64,000 nucleotides of DNA from Dehalococcoidia bacterium. Its GTDB lineage: Bacteria > Chloroflexota > Dehalococcoidia > Bin125. A model generated the notes under the pieces. That model saw only the letters and a program-made list of their open reading frames with translations. It was not told where the DNA came from and searched no databases. Location of the stretch: NCBI GenBank assembly GCA_963663895.2, contig CAXXRD010000004.1, positions 1 through 64,000 of the forward strand, given 5' to 3'. Both the position numbers and the translations under genes were made by a program. This document shows positions 29,701 through 40,865 of this stretch, piece by piece (the stretch's first letter is position 1; every line of letters starts with the position of its first letter).

Positions 29701-30909
29701 TCAGTCGCCGCCCGCCGGGTCGTGGGCGGTAATCAGCCGCGGACGCGCAGGCTGCTTGTTGAGGGAGCGCCCGGCACCGCGCGACAGCGTTCGGACGCGA
29801 CCGTAGACCAATCCGATCAAGAGCAGGAGCAGCGCCAGCGAGGTGATGCCGATGATCCACTCGCCGCCGCCGTACGCCAGGATGATGGCGTTGGCGAGCA
29901 CCTGCACGATGGAGAAGGGCAGCAGCACTTTCCAGGAGAACGCCATCAGTTGGTCGATGCGCAGCCGTGGCAGCACGGCACGCGACCAGAAGAGGACAAA
30001 GATGACCGCCGCAGTCTTGGCGATGGTGAGCAGCACCTGCAGGCCGAGGCCTACATCCTCTCCGAAGGGGAAGTTCCAGCCGCCGAGGAACACGGTTGAG
30101 CCGATCACCACGAGCAACAGTAACGCCGTGTACTCCGCCAGGAAGAAGAAGCTCCAGCGGATGCCGCTGTATTCCACGAAGTAGCCGCCGACAACCTCCG
30201 ATTCCGCGATGGGCATGTCGAAGGGGGGGCGATGGAGCTCCGCGAGGGCGCCGATCATGAAGATCGCGAAGCCCAGGGGTTGCAAGAGGAGAAAGGGAGT
30301 TGTGGTCTGCTCGAGCGCGATGACGTTGAGGTTCACGGCCCCGAAGGCACTGCCGCCATCGACCGTCAGTCGCGCCGCCACGACGAGGATCACCCCCACG
30401 CTGACGAGCAGCATCGGCAGCTCGTAGGAGATGGCCTGGGCGGCCGCCCGGACGGCTCCAAGCAGCGCGTACTTGTTGTCCGAGCCCCAGCCCGCCATCA
30501 CCACCCCCACCAAGTTCAACCCCAGCACCCCGAAGACGTAGAGAAAACCGAGCTCCAAGTCCCGCACGATCCAGGTCTCGGTCCAAGGGATGGGAATGAA
30601 GACGAGAAAGATGGGGACGAAGGCGAAGTAGGGCGCCAGCTCAAAGACCCAGCGGTCGGCCGAGGCAGGACGTACGTCTTCCTTCGTCAGCAGCTTGAGC
30701 GCGTCGGCAAGCGATTGCAGCATGCCGAAGGGACCGGTTCGTGTCGGTCCGACGCGCTGCTGGAAGCGCGCCAAGATCTTGCGCTCCAGATAGATGAGTG
30801 CGAGAGCGTTCACCGTCATCAACGCCACGATGAACACGATCCGGATCAGCGCGTCGATCCAGTCCGGCAAGCCCAGGCCAGCGAATTCACTCAGCACGAT
30901 CTCTGGCAT
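29701..30909 (-). CDS. nuoH: NADH-quinone oxidoreductase subunit H
   Basis: ERKILARFQQRVGP, AQAISYE and PFDMPIAESE. Confidence 0.96.
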   Translation of the reverse strand: MPEIVLSEFAGLGLPDWIDALIRIVFIVALMTVNALALIYLERKILARFQQRVGPTRTGPFGMLQSLADALKLLTKEDVRPASADRWVFELAPYFAFVPIFLVFIPIPWTETWIVRDLELGFLYVFGVLGLNLVGVVMAGWGSDNKYALLGAVRAAAQAISYELPMLLVSVGVILVVAARLTVDGGSAFGAVNLNVIALEQTTTPFLLLQPLGFAIFMIGALAELHRPPFDMPIAESEVVGGYFVEYSGIRWSFFFLAEYTALLLLVVIGSTVFLGGWNFPFGEDVGLGLQVLLTIAKTAAVIFVLFWSRAVLPRLRIDQLMAFSWKVLLPFSIVQVLANAIILAYGGGEWIIGITSLALLLLLIGLVYGRVRTLSRGAGRSLNKQPARPRLITAHDPAGGD

Positions 30910-31024
30910 GGTGTGTTCAGGCCCCGCCTCACCCGCCCCAGGGCGGCTCGCTCGCTGGAGGCAGGCTACTGGCTCCTACAAGGAAGAGCCAGAGCGCAAG
31001 CTCACAACGAAGAAGAATGGCATG

Positions 31025-32176
31025 TCAGCGATCGACTTCGCAGAGCACGATGTCGACGGATCCCAGGATGATCACGGCGTCGGCGATGTAGGAGCCCCGG
31101 ACCTGGTGCCGGAGCGCGCTGAGGTTGTGGAAGCTGGGACTGCGGACCTTCATCCGCCAAGGCTTGTCGGAGCCGTCCGACACCATGTAGATACCGTACT
31201 CGCCGCGCGGGTTCTCCTGGCGCATGTAGATCTCGCCCGGCGGCGGCTTTAAGACCTTGGGCAAACCCTCGGCCATGATCGGGCCGCTGGTGGGCATCTG
31301 ATCGAGCGCTTGCGCCACGATGCGAACCGACTGCCGCATCTCTTCCAGGCGCACCAGATAACGATCGTAGACGTCGCCCCGTAGACCGGTGGGCACTTCC
31401 CAGTCGAAGCGGTCATAAATCGAGTAGGGCTCGTCGACGCGGAGATCGAGCGGCACGCCAGCGGCGCGCAGCAGCGGTCCGGTGACTCCGTAGCTGATCG
31501 CGTCTTCGGCCGACATCCGGCCCACATCTCGGCAGCGCGAGATCATGATCTCGTTATTGGTCATGAGTTCGTCAATGTCGGCGATGCCGGCTTCGATCTG
31601 CCCAAGCAGCCAGCGCGCGTCCTCCACGAAGGTTGGGTAGGGTTCCCAGGCAAGACCGCCGACGCGGAAGTAGTTGTACATGAGGCGGTCTCCGCTGACG
31701 GCCTCGAAGAAGTCTTGGATGCGCTCGCGCTCTTTGAAGGCCCAGGTGAAAGCCGTGCCGAAGAAGCCGACATCGGTGCCGAAGGCGCCCAGGAACATGA
31801 AGTGCGAGAGGATGCGGTTGAGCTCGGCGAGGATGAGGCGAACGTACTCGGCGCGCTCGGGCGCTTCGATGCCGGCCAGCCGCTCGATGGCGTTGCAGTA
31901 GACCCACTCGTTGTTGAAAGCGGCAAGGTAGTCGGTCCGGTCTTGGTAACCCAATGCCCCGCGGTAGTCGAGGTTCTCGGTGAGCTTCTCACCACCACGA
32001 TGCATGTAGCCGATGTACGAGGTGACGTCTTTCACTTGCTCGCCGTCGACGGTGAGGACCATGCGGAAGACGCCGTGGGTCGAGGGATGCTGCGGACCCA
32101 TGTTGATGTTCATATCGACCGTGTCGAACTCTTCTTCGACGACGACCGGCTCGACGGTGACCTGCGCCTGCGTCAT
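31025..32176 (-). CDS. nuoD: NADH-quinone oxidoreductase subunit D
   Basis: NMGPQHPSTHGVFR, RTDY and ENPRGE. Ends DIVLCEVDR. No NiFe CxxC motifs. Confidence 0.96.
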   Translation of the reverse strand: MTQAQVTVEPVVVEEEFDTVDMNINMGPQHPSTHGVFRMVLTVDGEQVKDVTSYIGYMHRGGEKLTENLDYRGALGYQDRTDYLAAFNNEWVYCNAIERLAGIEAPERAEYVRLILAELNRILSHFMFLGAFGTDVGFFGTAFTWAFKERERIQDFFEAVSGDRLMYNYFRVGGLAWEPYPTFVEDARWLLGQIEAGIADIDELMTNNEIMISRCRDVGRMSAEDAISYGVTGPLLRAAGVPLDLRVDEPYSIYDRFDWEVPTGLRGDVYDRYLVRLEEMRQSVRIVAQALDQMPTSGPIMAEGLPKVLKPPPGEIYMRQENPRGEYGIYMVSDGSDKPWRMKVRSPSFHNLSALRHQVRGSYIADAVIILGSVDIVLCEVDR

Positions 32177-33199
32177 CTAGCCGCCTCTCTTCGCTTTCTC
32201 CGCCCGCGCCTTCGCTGCTAGCTCGCGCGCCCGCTTCACGCGCTCCGCCTGGGCGGCTTTCTTTTGGGCCAGCTCCTCGGGGGAGAGATCGGTGGCGGCC
32301 TTCTTTTCGGGGGGCGCAGGTGTGGCGGGAGCTGCGGGCTTCGTCTCCACGGGAGCTGCGGGCGCCTCCGTCTTCGCGGCGACCGGGGCGCCGCCGCCCG
32401 CCTTGGCCGCCCGCGCCGCCGCGGCGAGTGCACGTGCCTTCTTGACGCGCTCCGCCTGGGCGGCCTTCTTCTCGGCCAGCTCCTCGGGTGTCAGCTCTTG
32501 CGCCGGTTTCGTCTCGGCAGGAGCCCCCGCCGCCGCCTGTTTCTTGGCAGCGGCGATCCGCTGCGCGCGCTCGTCGTCGCCTTCGGCATCGTCTTTCCGC
32601 ACGGGCGGCGCTTCGCGCGGATGCTCCTTGGCGAAGTACTCGACGTCGACGCCCTGCTTCACCTCGACCGGCGCCAGGGGATGGCTTTTGCGCAGCACGG
32701 GGAGATCGAAGTCTTCATCAAGGAGGAGGTTGCGGGGATCCGGATGACCTTCGAATTCGATGCCGAACATTTCCCGGCATTCGCGCTCGGCCCAGTCGGC
32801 CATTCGCCAGAGGTCGGAGACCGTGGGAAGCGAGGGGTTCTCGGAGGGAACCCAGGTCTTGATGGTGATGGCGTGGCGCAGTGCGGTGGAGTAGAGGTGG
32901 TAGACCACCTCGAGGCCCTGATCGGTCCAGTCGACCGCAGTCTGGTTGCGCAGGAGGTCCATCTGCAGCTTGGGGTGCTCGCGGCTGACCCGCAGGGTCT
33001 CACGCAGCTGCGGAGCGGGAACCGTGAGCGCGACATCCCACTTCGTTTGCTCGGCCTCGACGGTGATCGAGGCGGGCAGGGCGGCGCGGTAGACGTCGGC
33101 GATGCCGCCGGGCGGCGGAGGCTCCTTGACCCGCTCAGCTTTTTCGGCGCGCCTGCTCTTCGGCGGAGCCTTGGCTTGGGGTTCCGTGCCGCTCGTCAT
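32177..33199 (-). CDS. nuoC: NADH-quinone oxidoreductase subunit C with a long Ala/Lys-rich repeat tail
   Basis: [26 protein letters not shown]...LRK. The ATG overlaps the nuoB stop. Confidence 0.9.
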   Translation of the reverse strand: MTSGTEPQAKAPPKSRRAEKAERVKEPPPPGGIADVYRAALPASITVEAEQTKWDVALTVPAPQLRETLRVSREHPKLQMDLLRNQTAVDWTDQGLEVVYHLYSTALRHAITIKTWVPSENPSLPTVSDLWRMADWAERECREMFGIEFEGHPDPRNLLLDEDFDLPVLRKSHPLAPVEVKQGVDVEYFAKEHPREAPPVRKDDAEGDDERAQRIAAAKKQAAAGAPAETKPAQELTPEELAEKKAAQAERVKKARALAAAARAAKAGGGAPVAAKTEAPAAPVETKPAAPATPAPPEKKAATDLSPEELAQKKAAQAERVKRARELAAKARAEKAKRGG

Positions 33200-33759
33200 G
33201 CGCCAGCCGCCCGGTCCTCCATGATCTTTTCTTGGAGGGCGAGAAGGCCGTCCATCAGGGACTCGGGGCGCGGGGGGCAGCCTGGCACGTACACATCGAC
33301 GGGGATGATGTTGTCGGTGCCCTGGAGCACGCGGTCGTATTGGGTGTAGGGGCCGCCGTTGGTGGCACAGGCGCCCATCGCGATGACCCACTTGGGATGG
33401 GGCATCTGCTCATAGAGAAGCTTCACGGCCGGGGCCATCTTCTTGGTGACGGTCCCGGCGACGATCATGACGTCGCTTTGGCGCGGGGAGGGCCAGGGGA
33501 CGATCCCCATGCGATCGAGGTCGTGGTTGGACATGTAGGTCGCGATCATCTCGATGGCGCAGCAGGCAAGGCCGAAGGTCATGGGCCACAGCGACGATTT
33601 CCGCGCGGCGGCAATGACCGCATCAGCGGGCACCTGCATCACGCCAGGCAGGATCTCCTTGTAGAGGACCTGTGGCCGCTCGGCATCGGAGGGAAACAGG
33701 CGCAGCGCCTCAGAGGGAGTCGAGGACGAGACTAGCTCGCCGGGATGCGCTTGGGCCAT
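33196..33759 (-). CDS. nuoB: NADH-quinone oxidoreductase subunit B
   Basis: [16 protein letters not shown] and VPGCPPRPE (N2 ligands). Confidence 0.96.
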   Translation of the reverse strand: MAQAHPGELVSSSTPSEALRLFPSDAERPQVLYKEILPGVMQVPADAVIAAARKSSLWPMTFGLACCAIEMIATYMSNHDLDRMGIVPWPSPRQSDVMIVAGTVTKKMAPAVKLLYEQMPHPKWVIAMGACATNGGPYTQYDRVLQGTDNIIPVDVYVPGCPPRPESLMDGLLALQEKIMEDRAAGA

Positions 33760-34127
33760 TCCAGCACGCCTTTCCGCCAGGCATACCCGAGCGCGAGCAC
33801 GAGGATGCCGATGAACAGCACCATCTCCCAGAGCACGAACTGGCCCAGCGTATCGCTGAGGCCCAGGAAGGAGACAGCCCAGGGGAAGAGAAAGATGATC
33901 TCGACGTCGAAGACGAGGAAGAGGATGGCGAAGACGTAGTAGCGCACATGGACCTGGGCCCAGTTGCGGCCGATGGGAAGCATGCCGCACTCGTAGACCT
34001 GGCCCTTGAGCTTCGTGCGGCGTTTGGGCGCGAGAAGCTGGGTGACGACGAGGGCGTTGAGGACGAGAAAGGCCCCGACCGGGATGGCGATGAGTACGGC
34101 GCCATAGTTTTCGAGCAGCTGCTCCAC
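33732..34127 (-). CDS. nuoA: NADH-quinone oxidoreductase subunit A
   Basis: YECG, FLVFDVE and [10 protein letters not shown]. Confidence 0.96.
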   Translation of the reverse strand: MEQLLENYGAVLIAIPVGAFLVLNALVVTQLLAPKRRTKLKGQVYECGMLPIGRNWAQVHVRYYVFAILFLVFDVEIIFLFPWAVSFLGLSDTLGQFVLWEMVLFIGILVLALGYAWRKGVLEWPKRIPAS

Positions 34128-34254
34128 GGGACCCCCGCTGGTGATCTTGGTAGTGCGACCCGGCCGCGCAGAACCCAGCCCGAGTCACCTTCGCTCTGCT
34201 GCGATCGTACGGAGGGCCTTGGGGGGTGTCAACGAAACGAACGCTCCGGGGGAA

Positions 34255-37119
34255 TTAGGGGAGCTCCGCCAGGCGGGCGCGCAGGCCATCCAAGCGCCCA
34301 ACGATCGCGGCGTAGCGCTCCTCCTCGCGCGTCACCACCGCAGCGGGAGCCTTGCTGCGGAAGCTTTGATTGGCAAGCTTGCCCTCGACTCGCCGCAAGT
34401 GGCCCTCGCTTTCCTCGATCTCGCGCGCGAGTCGCGCGCGCTCCGCCGCGAGGTCGACCAGTCCCCCCAAGGGGAAAATGATCTCCGCGCGCGCCAGGAT
34501 GCGCGTGATCACCTGGTCGCCGGGCGCTTGCGCTCGCGACGCGACGATATGGAGCGGGCGAACTCGGGCCAAGAACTCGATGACCGGCGCGCGCGCATCA
34601 AGTGCGGCGCCCTCCGCCTCACTCACGACGTAGGCCTCGATCCAGCGCGCCGCCTCGACCTGCTTCTCGGCGCGGACCGTCCGGATAGCGCGCACCACTT
34701 CCTGCAGCCCTGCGAAGGACCGCTCCGCCTCTTCATCGACCCAGCGGTCTTGGGACTGTGGGAAGGGGGCCGCGATGAGCGCCTGCGCCTCCGGCGCGGA
34801 CAGATGCCGCCGCAGCTCCTGCCAGATCGCTTCGGTGACGAAAGGCATGTAAGGGTGGAGCAGGCGCAGGGCCTGGTCAAGCACATGCATGAGAACCGGG
34901 AGCGGCGAGGCGTCCCCGGCGCGCAGCCGCACTTTGCTCGCTTCGACGTACCAGTCGAAGTACTCATTCCAGAGGAAGTCGTGGATCTGCCGGCCTGCCT
35001 CGCCGAGCTGAAAGTCGGTGAGCAAGCCGTCGACGGTCGAGGCGACCCGCTGGCAACGGGAGAGGATCCAGCGGTCTTCCGGTTGCAGGGCCCCCGCGGG
35101 ATCGGGAACGCCGATCGTCCCTTCGCCGATGGCACCCAGCACGAAGCGCGCGCCATTCCAGAGTTTGTTGGCGAAGTTGCGTCCGGCCTCAAGACGGTCC
35201 TCGGTGAGACGCATGTCGTTACCGGGGGTCGATCCGGTCGCCAGGGTGAAGCGGAGCGCGTCCATGCCATAGCGCTCGCCCGCGACGAGCGGGTCGACGG
35301 CGTTGCCGAGACTCTTGCTCATCTTGCGGCCCTGAGCGTCGCGGACGAGGCCGTGCAGGTAGACGGTTTGGAACGGCCCGACACCGTCCATGTTGTGGCA
35401 GGAGAGCATCACCATGCGCGCAACCCAGAAGAAGAGGATGTCGTAGCCGGTCTCCATGACGGCGCTGGGATAGAAGCGGCGCAGGTCGGCCGTGTCGTCC
35501 GGCCAGCCGAGCGTCGAATGGGGCCAGAGCCCACTGCTGAACCAGGTGTCGAGCACGTCCGGGTCCTGGATGAGCGGGCCCCGGCCGCACTGCTCGCAAT
35601 CCGACGGTGCGGGCGTCTCCCTGCGCACGATCGGCGTCACGCCCTCGCCGATCGCCACCTCCCGCGCCCGTTCGGCGATCACCGCGAGGTCGTGTCCAGC
35701 CGCGATCCACTCGGCGACGGGCGCCGCCGGCGCGGCTTCAAGCGCGACGGTGATGCGGTCGGCGTCGCAGCGCAAGCAGTACCAAACGGGGATACGGTGT
35801 CCCCACCAGAGCTGCCGACTGATGCACCAGGGCCGGATGTTCTCGAGCCACTGCAAGTAGACCTTGGCGAAGCGCGGCGGCACGATCCGCATGGCGCCGC
35901 TGTGGAATACCTCCGCCGCCTGGGCGGCCATCTCACCCACATCGACGAACCACTGGTCGCTGATCAGCGGCTCGACGACGGTGGCGCAGCGCTGGCAGTG
36001 GCCAACGCTGTGCAGGTGCACTTCACGCTTGAGAAGGAGCCCGGCCGCTTCCAGATCGGCCGCCGCGCGCTCGCGGGCTGCGGCGCGATCGAGGCCCGCA
36101 TAGGGGCCCGCCGCCTCGGTCATGCGGCCGTCCCAAGCAACGGCGCGGATGGCAGCGAGGGCGTGGCGCGCACCGATCTCGAAGTCGAGAGGGTCGTGGC
36201 CGGGAGTGATCTTCAGCGCGCCGGTGCCGAACTCAATCTCGACGGCGCCGTCAGCGACGACCGGCAGGGTGCGATCGAAGCCGGGGAGGGGGAGCCGGAC
36301 TTCGGTGCCGACGAGCGATGACCAGCGCTCGTCGTCGGGATGCACGGCAACCGCCACGTCCGCGACGATCGTCTCGGGCCGCGTGGTCGCGATGACAATC
36401 CCCTCGCCCCCGTCCGCAGCGGGATAGCGCACGTACCAGAGCGCGCCTTGCTCGTCCTCATAGTCGACCTCAAGGTCCGAAATCGCGGTCTGGCAGCGTG
36501 GACACCAGTTAATGATGCGATGGCCACGATAGACCTTGCCCGCTTCGTAGAGGTCGACGAAGGTCGCCCGCACGGCGCGTTGCGGCCCCTCATCCAGAGT
36601 GAAGACCATGCGCGACCAATCACAACTGGCGCCCAGAAGCCGCAGCTGCTCTTCGATACGGCCGCGGTAGCGCCCAACCCAATCCCAGACGCGCGCAATG
36701 AAGGCCTCGCGGCCGAGGTCGTGGCGTGAGAGTCCCTCGCGCGCCAGCTCCGCCTCGACCACGTTTTGGGTAGCAATCCCAGCGTGGTCGAGGCCGGGGA
36801 GCCACAGCGTGGGGTGGCCGCGCATGCGACGCCAGCGGCAGAGCACGTCCTCGATCGTGGTCGTGAGTGCGTGTCCCAAGTGCAGGGCGCCGGTCACATT
36901 GGGGGGCGGCATGATGATCGCGAAAGGGTCGCGGGCCGGATCGCCAGCGGGCTGGAAGGCGCCGCTCTCCTCCCAGAGCGCATACATGCGCCTCTCGACG
37001 GCAGTGGGCTGATAGGCCTTGGGCAGAGGGGCAGCAGCCTCGGTCACGGGCAGATCGCTCACGACATCCGTAGGTCGGACCTGGGGTTCCAGGCTATGAC
37101 GCGGGAAAAACGCGCGCAA
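34255..37119 (-). CDS. valS: Valine--tRNA ligase (true start probably slightly downstream)
   Basis: PPPNVTGALHLGH, WCISRQLWWGHRIP, KMSKS and a C-terminal coiled coil. Confidence 0.97.
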   Translation of the reverse strand: MRAFFPRHSLEPQVRPTDVVSDLPVTEAAAPLPKAYQPTAVERRMYALWEESGAFQPAGDPARDPFAIIMPPPNVTGALHLGHALTTTIEDVLCRWRRMRGHPTLWLPGLDHAGIATQNVVEAELAREGLSRHDLGREAFIARVWDWVGRYRGRIEEQLRLLGASCDWSRMVFTLDEGPQRAVRATFVDLYEAGKVYRGHRIINWCPRCQTAISDLEVDYEDEQGALWYVRYPAADGGEGIVIATTRPETIVADVAVAVHPDDERWSSLVGTEVRLPLPGFDRTLPVVADGAVEIEFGTGALKITPGHDPLDFEIGARHALAAIRAVAWDGRMTEAAGPYAGLDRAAARERAAADLEAAGLLLKREVHLHSVGHCQRCATVVEPLISDQWFVDVGEMAAQAAEVFHSGAMRIVPPRFAKVYLQWLENIRPWCISRQLWWGHRIPVWYCLRCDADRITVALEAAPAAPVAEWIAAGHDLAVIAERAREVAIGEGVTPIVRRETPAPSDCEQCGRGPLIQDPDVLDTWFSSGLWPHSTLGWPDDTADLRRFYPSAVMETGYDILFFWVARMVMLSCHNMDGVGPFQTVYLHGLVRDAQGRKMSKSLGNAVDPLVAGERYGMDALRFTLATGSTPGNDMRLTEDRLEAGRNFANKLWNGARFVLGAIGEGTIGVPDPAGALQPEDRWILSRCQRVASTVDGLLTDFQLGEAGRQIHDFLWNEYFDWYVEASKVRLRAGDASPLPVLMHVLDQALRLLHPYMPFVTEAIWQELRRHLSAPEAQALIAAPFPQSQDRWVDEEAERSFAGLQEVVRAIRTVRAEKQVEAARWIEAYVVSEAEGAALDARAPVIEFLARVRPLHIVASRAQAPGDQVITRILARAEIIFPLGGLVDLAAERARLAREIEESEGHLRRVEGKLANQSFRSKAPAAVVTREEERYAAIVGRLDGLRARLAELP

Positions 37120-37173
37120 TGAAACTGTGCAGGAAAACTATGCAGGAAGGAAGCGTGGGGGGCCAGCGAAATT

Positions 37174-37977
37174 CTAACCCGCCCGTGTCGTCACCGGATC
37201 GTGGACGACCTGCGCGTCGACGACGACGGCCTCCCGCGCCAGCTTGTCCGCGATCCGGCGCCGGCGGCGGCGCGTCTCCTCGAGCGCGTTCAACGTGCGG
37301 AGTCCGCAGCGTGTATCACTGGCGACACGAGCGGGATCCTGTGTCGCCAAACGCCGCTTGAAAAGCCAATAGGTGAACTCCTTGAGCTCGGCGAGGCTGA
37401 TACGGTCGACATCTGGCCGTTGCTGCTCACGGCGAAAGGTCGCGAGCAGCGCGCGGCGCGGCACGCCGTAGATGTGCCGGAAGGTCTCCTCATCAACGCG
37501 GCTGTCGTAGCCGGCCGCCCAGGAGCGTCGTTCCTTCTGCAGGGCTTCCTCAACAGAGAGCTGCAGCGCCTCTTCGACGCACACGCCATACACGAAATTG
37601 AGGTGGGCCCGATACTTCGTCGGGCCCAGCGCTCGTCGCAGGGCCGCCTCGTCCAACTCGACCGGCAGCTGTCCATCAGCCAGCAGCGCTTCCACTTCAT
37701 CGGGGGGGAGGAGACCGTCCGGAGCGAGTGCGTCACAGAGCCGCTCGGCGAGGCAGAGCCAGTCCAGCGCTTCGCCGCCGATGAGGTAGCGATAGTGCCG
37801 CTTCTCGACCTGCTCCTCGCCGAGATCCCAAAGCGCGGCCGTTTCCAGAAGGGCTTCCCACCAGAGACGGCCGCGCCGGATCTCTTGGCGCAAGCGCGCG
37901 ATGAGCATCTCGGGGTCGCGCGACGCCAGCGCGCCGGGCGCCGCCGTGTCGACCGCGGCTGGGGCGTGATCCGGCAT
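37174..37977 (-). CDS. Hypothetical helical protein, coupled to secA
   Basis: The ATG overlaps the secA stop. Coding-like codon usage, with YRYLIGGEALDW and YRAHLNFVYGV motifs. Confidence 0.7.
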   Translation of the reverse strand: MPDHAPAAVDTAAPGALASRDPEMLIARLRQEIRRGRLWWEALLETAALWDLGEEQVEKRHYRYLIGGEALDWLCLAERLCDALAPDGLLPPDEVEALLADGQLPVELDEAALRRALGPTKYRAHLNFVYGVCVEEALQLSVEEALQKERRSWAAGYDSRVDEETFRHIYGVPRRALLATFRREQQRPDVDRISLAELKEFTYWLFKRRLATQDPARVASDTRCGLRTLNALEETRRRRRRIADKLAREAVVVDAQVVHDPVTTRAG

Positions 37978-40715
37978 CAGGCCGCGCCGTGACACTTCTT
38001 GTGCTTCTTGCCGGAGCCGCAGGGACAGGGATCGTTGCGTCCGATCTTGGACGAAGTCACCGCGCCCGTCGTGGTACGGCGAGTGGGGGCCTGCGCCGCG
38101 ACGCCGCCGCCGCTCTCTCGCACATTGCGTACGCCCAATTCCTGGGCGACGCCGCCCGCCGCGATCGGCGAGGCGACCGCCGGGCGGGCCCGGGCAGGCG
38201 AGGCGCCGCGGGTGCGCCGGCCTTGCTCCTGCCGCTGCACCTGCAAGATCGCCTGCGTGACCTTGCTGCGGATATTGGCGGTCAGCTGGTCGAACATGTC
38301 GAACGCTTCGCGCTTGTAGGTCACGAGCGGGTCTTGCTGGCCGTAAGCCTGGAGGCCGACGCCCTGGCGCAGGGAATCGAGCTCGGTGAGGTGCTGCACC
38401 CAGAGACGGTCGATGGTTCGCAGCAGCACGAAGCGCTCAAGCCGCCGCATGACGTCGGCGCCGGCGTCGCGCTCTTTATCGTCATAGATGGCCAGGGCGT
38501 AGTCGACCAAGGCGGCGGCGAGGGCGCCGCTGCCGCGATCGTAGGCCCCACGGTCGAAGTCATCGAGCGGCATCAGCGTGGCCGCCTCAGCCCAGAAACC
38601 CTCCTCGTCGCCGGCACCCGGCCCGCCGGCACTGAAGTGCGCAGCGAGCTCCCGCAGCTCGGTTTCGATCATGTCGACGATGATCGCCTTGAGGTCTTCG
38701 CCAGCCAGGACTTTGTCCCGCTCGGCGTAGATGACCGCGCGCTGACGGTTCACCACGTCGTCGTATTCGACGAGGTGCTTGCGCGTATCGAAGTAGTGCC
38801 CTTCGACCTTCTGTTGGGCCTGCTCGATGGCCTTGCCGACCATGCCGGATTCGAGCGGCTGGCCGTCGTCCATGCCGAGCTTCGCCAGCATCCCGGGGAG
38901 CCAGTCCGGCGTAAAGCGCCGCATGATGGTGTCTTCAAACGAAACGAAGAAGCGGGAAGAGCCGGGGTCGCCCTGCCGCCCGGAACGCCCGCGCAGCTGA
39001 TTGTCAATCCGGCGTGCCTCATGGCGCTCGGTGCCGATCACATGCAGGCCGCCGCGGTCGGCGACGCCGGCGCCGAGCTTGATATCGGTGCCGCGGCCGG
39101 CCATGTTGGTGGCGATGGTGACGGCGCCGGGCTCGCCCGCGTGCAGCACGATCTGCGCCTCGCGCTCGTGCTGCTTGGCATTGAGCACTTCGTGCTTGAC
39201 GCCGCGGCGTGTCAGCATCTCCGACAGCCCTTCCGAAGTTTCCACCGCCACCGTGCCCACCAGCACAGGACGGCCCCGCCCGCTCACCTCGGCGATCTCA
39301 TCGACGACGGCCTTGAATTTGGCGCTCTCCGAACGGTAGATCACGTCGGAGTGGTCGTCGCGGATCATGGCCCGGTGGGTGGGGATAACGACCACCTCCA
39401 GCCCGTAGATTTTGTGCATCTCCTCCGCCTCGGTCGCGGCGGTGCCCGTCATACCGGCGAGCTTGCCGTAGAGGCGGAAGTAGTTCTGGTAGGTAATGGT
39501 GGCCAGGGTGACCGTTTCGCGCTGGACTTTGACGCCCTCTTTCGCCTCGATCGCTTGGTGCAGGCCTTCCGAATAGCGCCGACCCTCCATAAGGCGGCCG
39601 GTGAACTCATCGACGATCATGACCTGACCGCTGCGCACAACGTAGTCCCGGTCGCGGTGATAGACGAACTGCGCGCGGAGGGCCGCCTCCAGGAAGCGCG
39701 TAAGACGCGCATGCTCGCCAGCGAAGAGGTTGTCGATGCCGAGCGCGGCCTCGACCTTTTCGATGCCGGCCTCGGTCAGCGCGACGGTGCGCGACTTGAG
39801 CTCGACGGTGAGGTCGGCGCCTTCCCGGAGTTGGGGGGCGATGCGGGCGAAGGTTCGGTAAAGGTCCAAGCTCTCCTCGGCCTGGCCACTGATGATGAGG
39901 GGCGTGCGTGCCTCGTCGATGAGGATGTTGTCGACCTCATCGACGATCCCGTAGGCAAGGGGGCGTTGAACGCGACGCTCGGCCTCCGTGGCCATGTTGT
40001 CGCGCAAGTAGTCGAAGCCGTACTCGTTATTGGTGCCGTAGGTGATATCGGCGCCGTAGGCCTCGCTGCGCGGCACCGGGCGCAGGGAGCGCATGTCCCC
40101 CCGCTGAGCGCGCTTGGCCCGCTCCTCGGCGGTCACCTCGCCGGCCTTGCTCCTGCCGGGATCGGCGCTTTCGCTCTCCTCTTCGTCCTCGTCGGCACTG
40201 GGTTCGTAGTCCGGGTCGAAGAGGAAGGCGGCGCCGTGCTGCAAGACGCCGACGTTGAGTCCGAGACCCTGATAGATCACGCCCATCCAGCGGGCGTCGC
40301 GCTTCGCCAGGTAGTCGTTGACGGTAATGACGTGGACGCCGTCGCCCTCCAGGGCGTTGAGGTAGACGGCCAGGGTGGCGACGAGGGTTTTGCCCTCGCC
40401 GGTGCGCATCTCCGCGATCTTACCCTGGTGCAGCACGATCCCGCCGATGAGCTGGACGTCAAAATGGCGCATCTGGAGCCAGCGCTTGGAGGCCTCACGG
40501 ACGACGGCGAAGGCTTCGGTGAGGATGCCGTCGAGGTCGGCACCATCGGCGAGGCGGGCGCGGAACTCGGCGGTCTTGGCGCGCAGCTCAGCGTCGGTAT
40601 GTCGTGCAATCTCGGGCTCCCAGGCGTTGATTTCGACGGCGACCTTCTGCAGCCGGCCGATCTCGCGGCGGTTGGCGTCGCCAATGATCTTCTTGGCGCC
40701 GTCTAGCAGGCCCAT
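37977..40715 (-). CDS. secA: Preprotein translocase SecA
   Basis: [36 protein letters not shown] and the SEC-C motif [13 protein letters not shown]. Confidence 0.98.
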   Translation of the reverse strand: MGLLDGAKKIIGDANRREIGRLQKVAVEINAWEPEIARHTDAELRAKTAEFRARLADGADLDGILTEAFAVVREASKRWLQMRHFDVQLIGGIVLHQGKIAEMRTGEGKTLVATLAVYLNALEGDGVHVITVNDYLAKRDARWMGVIYQGLGLNVGVLQHGAAFLFDPDYEPSADEDEEESESADPGRSKAGEVTAEERAKRAQRGDMRSLRPVPRSEAYGADITYGTNNEYGFDYLRDNMATEAERRVQRPLAYGIVDEVDNILIDEARTPLIISGQAEESLDLYRTFARIAPQLREGADLTVELKSRTVALTEAGIEKVEAALGIDNLFAGEHARLTRFLEAALRAQFVYHRDRDYVVRSGQVMIVDEFTGRLMEGRRYSEGLHQAIEAKEGVKVQRETVTLATITYQNYFRLYGKLAGMTGTAATEAEEMHKIYGLEVVVIPTHRAMIRDDHSDVIYRSESAKFKAVVDEIAEVSGRGRPVLVGTVAVETSEGLSEMLTRRGVKHEVLNAKQHEREAQIVLHAGEPGAVTIATNMAGRGTDIKLGAGVADRGGLHVIGTERHEARRIDNQLRGRSGRQGDPGSSRFFVSFEDTIMRRFTPDWLPGMLAKLGMDDGQPLESGMVGKAIEQAQQKVEGHYFDTRKHLVEYDDVVNRQRAVIYAERDKVLAGEDLKAIIVDMIETELRELAAHFSAGGPGAGDEEGFWAEAATLMPLDDFDRGAYDRGSGALAAALVDYALAIYDDKERDAGADVMRRLERFVLLRTIDRLWVQHLTELDSLRQGVGLQAYGQQDPLVTYKREAFDMFDQLTANIRSKVTQAILQVQRQEQGRRTRGASPARARPAVASPIAAGGVAQELGVRNVRESGGGVAAQAPTRRTTTGAVTSSKIGRNDPCPCGSGKKHKKCHGAA

Positions 40716-40865
40716 AGCATCTCCCGATGCACCCGGAGGGTCTCCCGCCTCCGCGGTGGCCGCACCGGACCGTTCCGGTGCGAACAGCCACCTTTGAGCA
40801 TAGTGCGGCGGGCGGGGTGATGGTGTTGCGAAAGTCGCTGGCTCAGGGCGGCCCCGAGGCCGCGG

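Noticed and set aside
31025-33759. Possible group 4 NiFe hydrogenase
   Set aside because: NuoD lacks the Ni-binding CxxC pairs and keeps the quinone-site His/Tyr motifs.
35580-35790. Insertion between the Zn-binding CxxC pairs of ValS, and an acidic insertion in SecA (about 40090-40220)
   Set aside because: In-frame insertions at known variable positions, with no intein or intron motifs.
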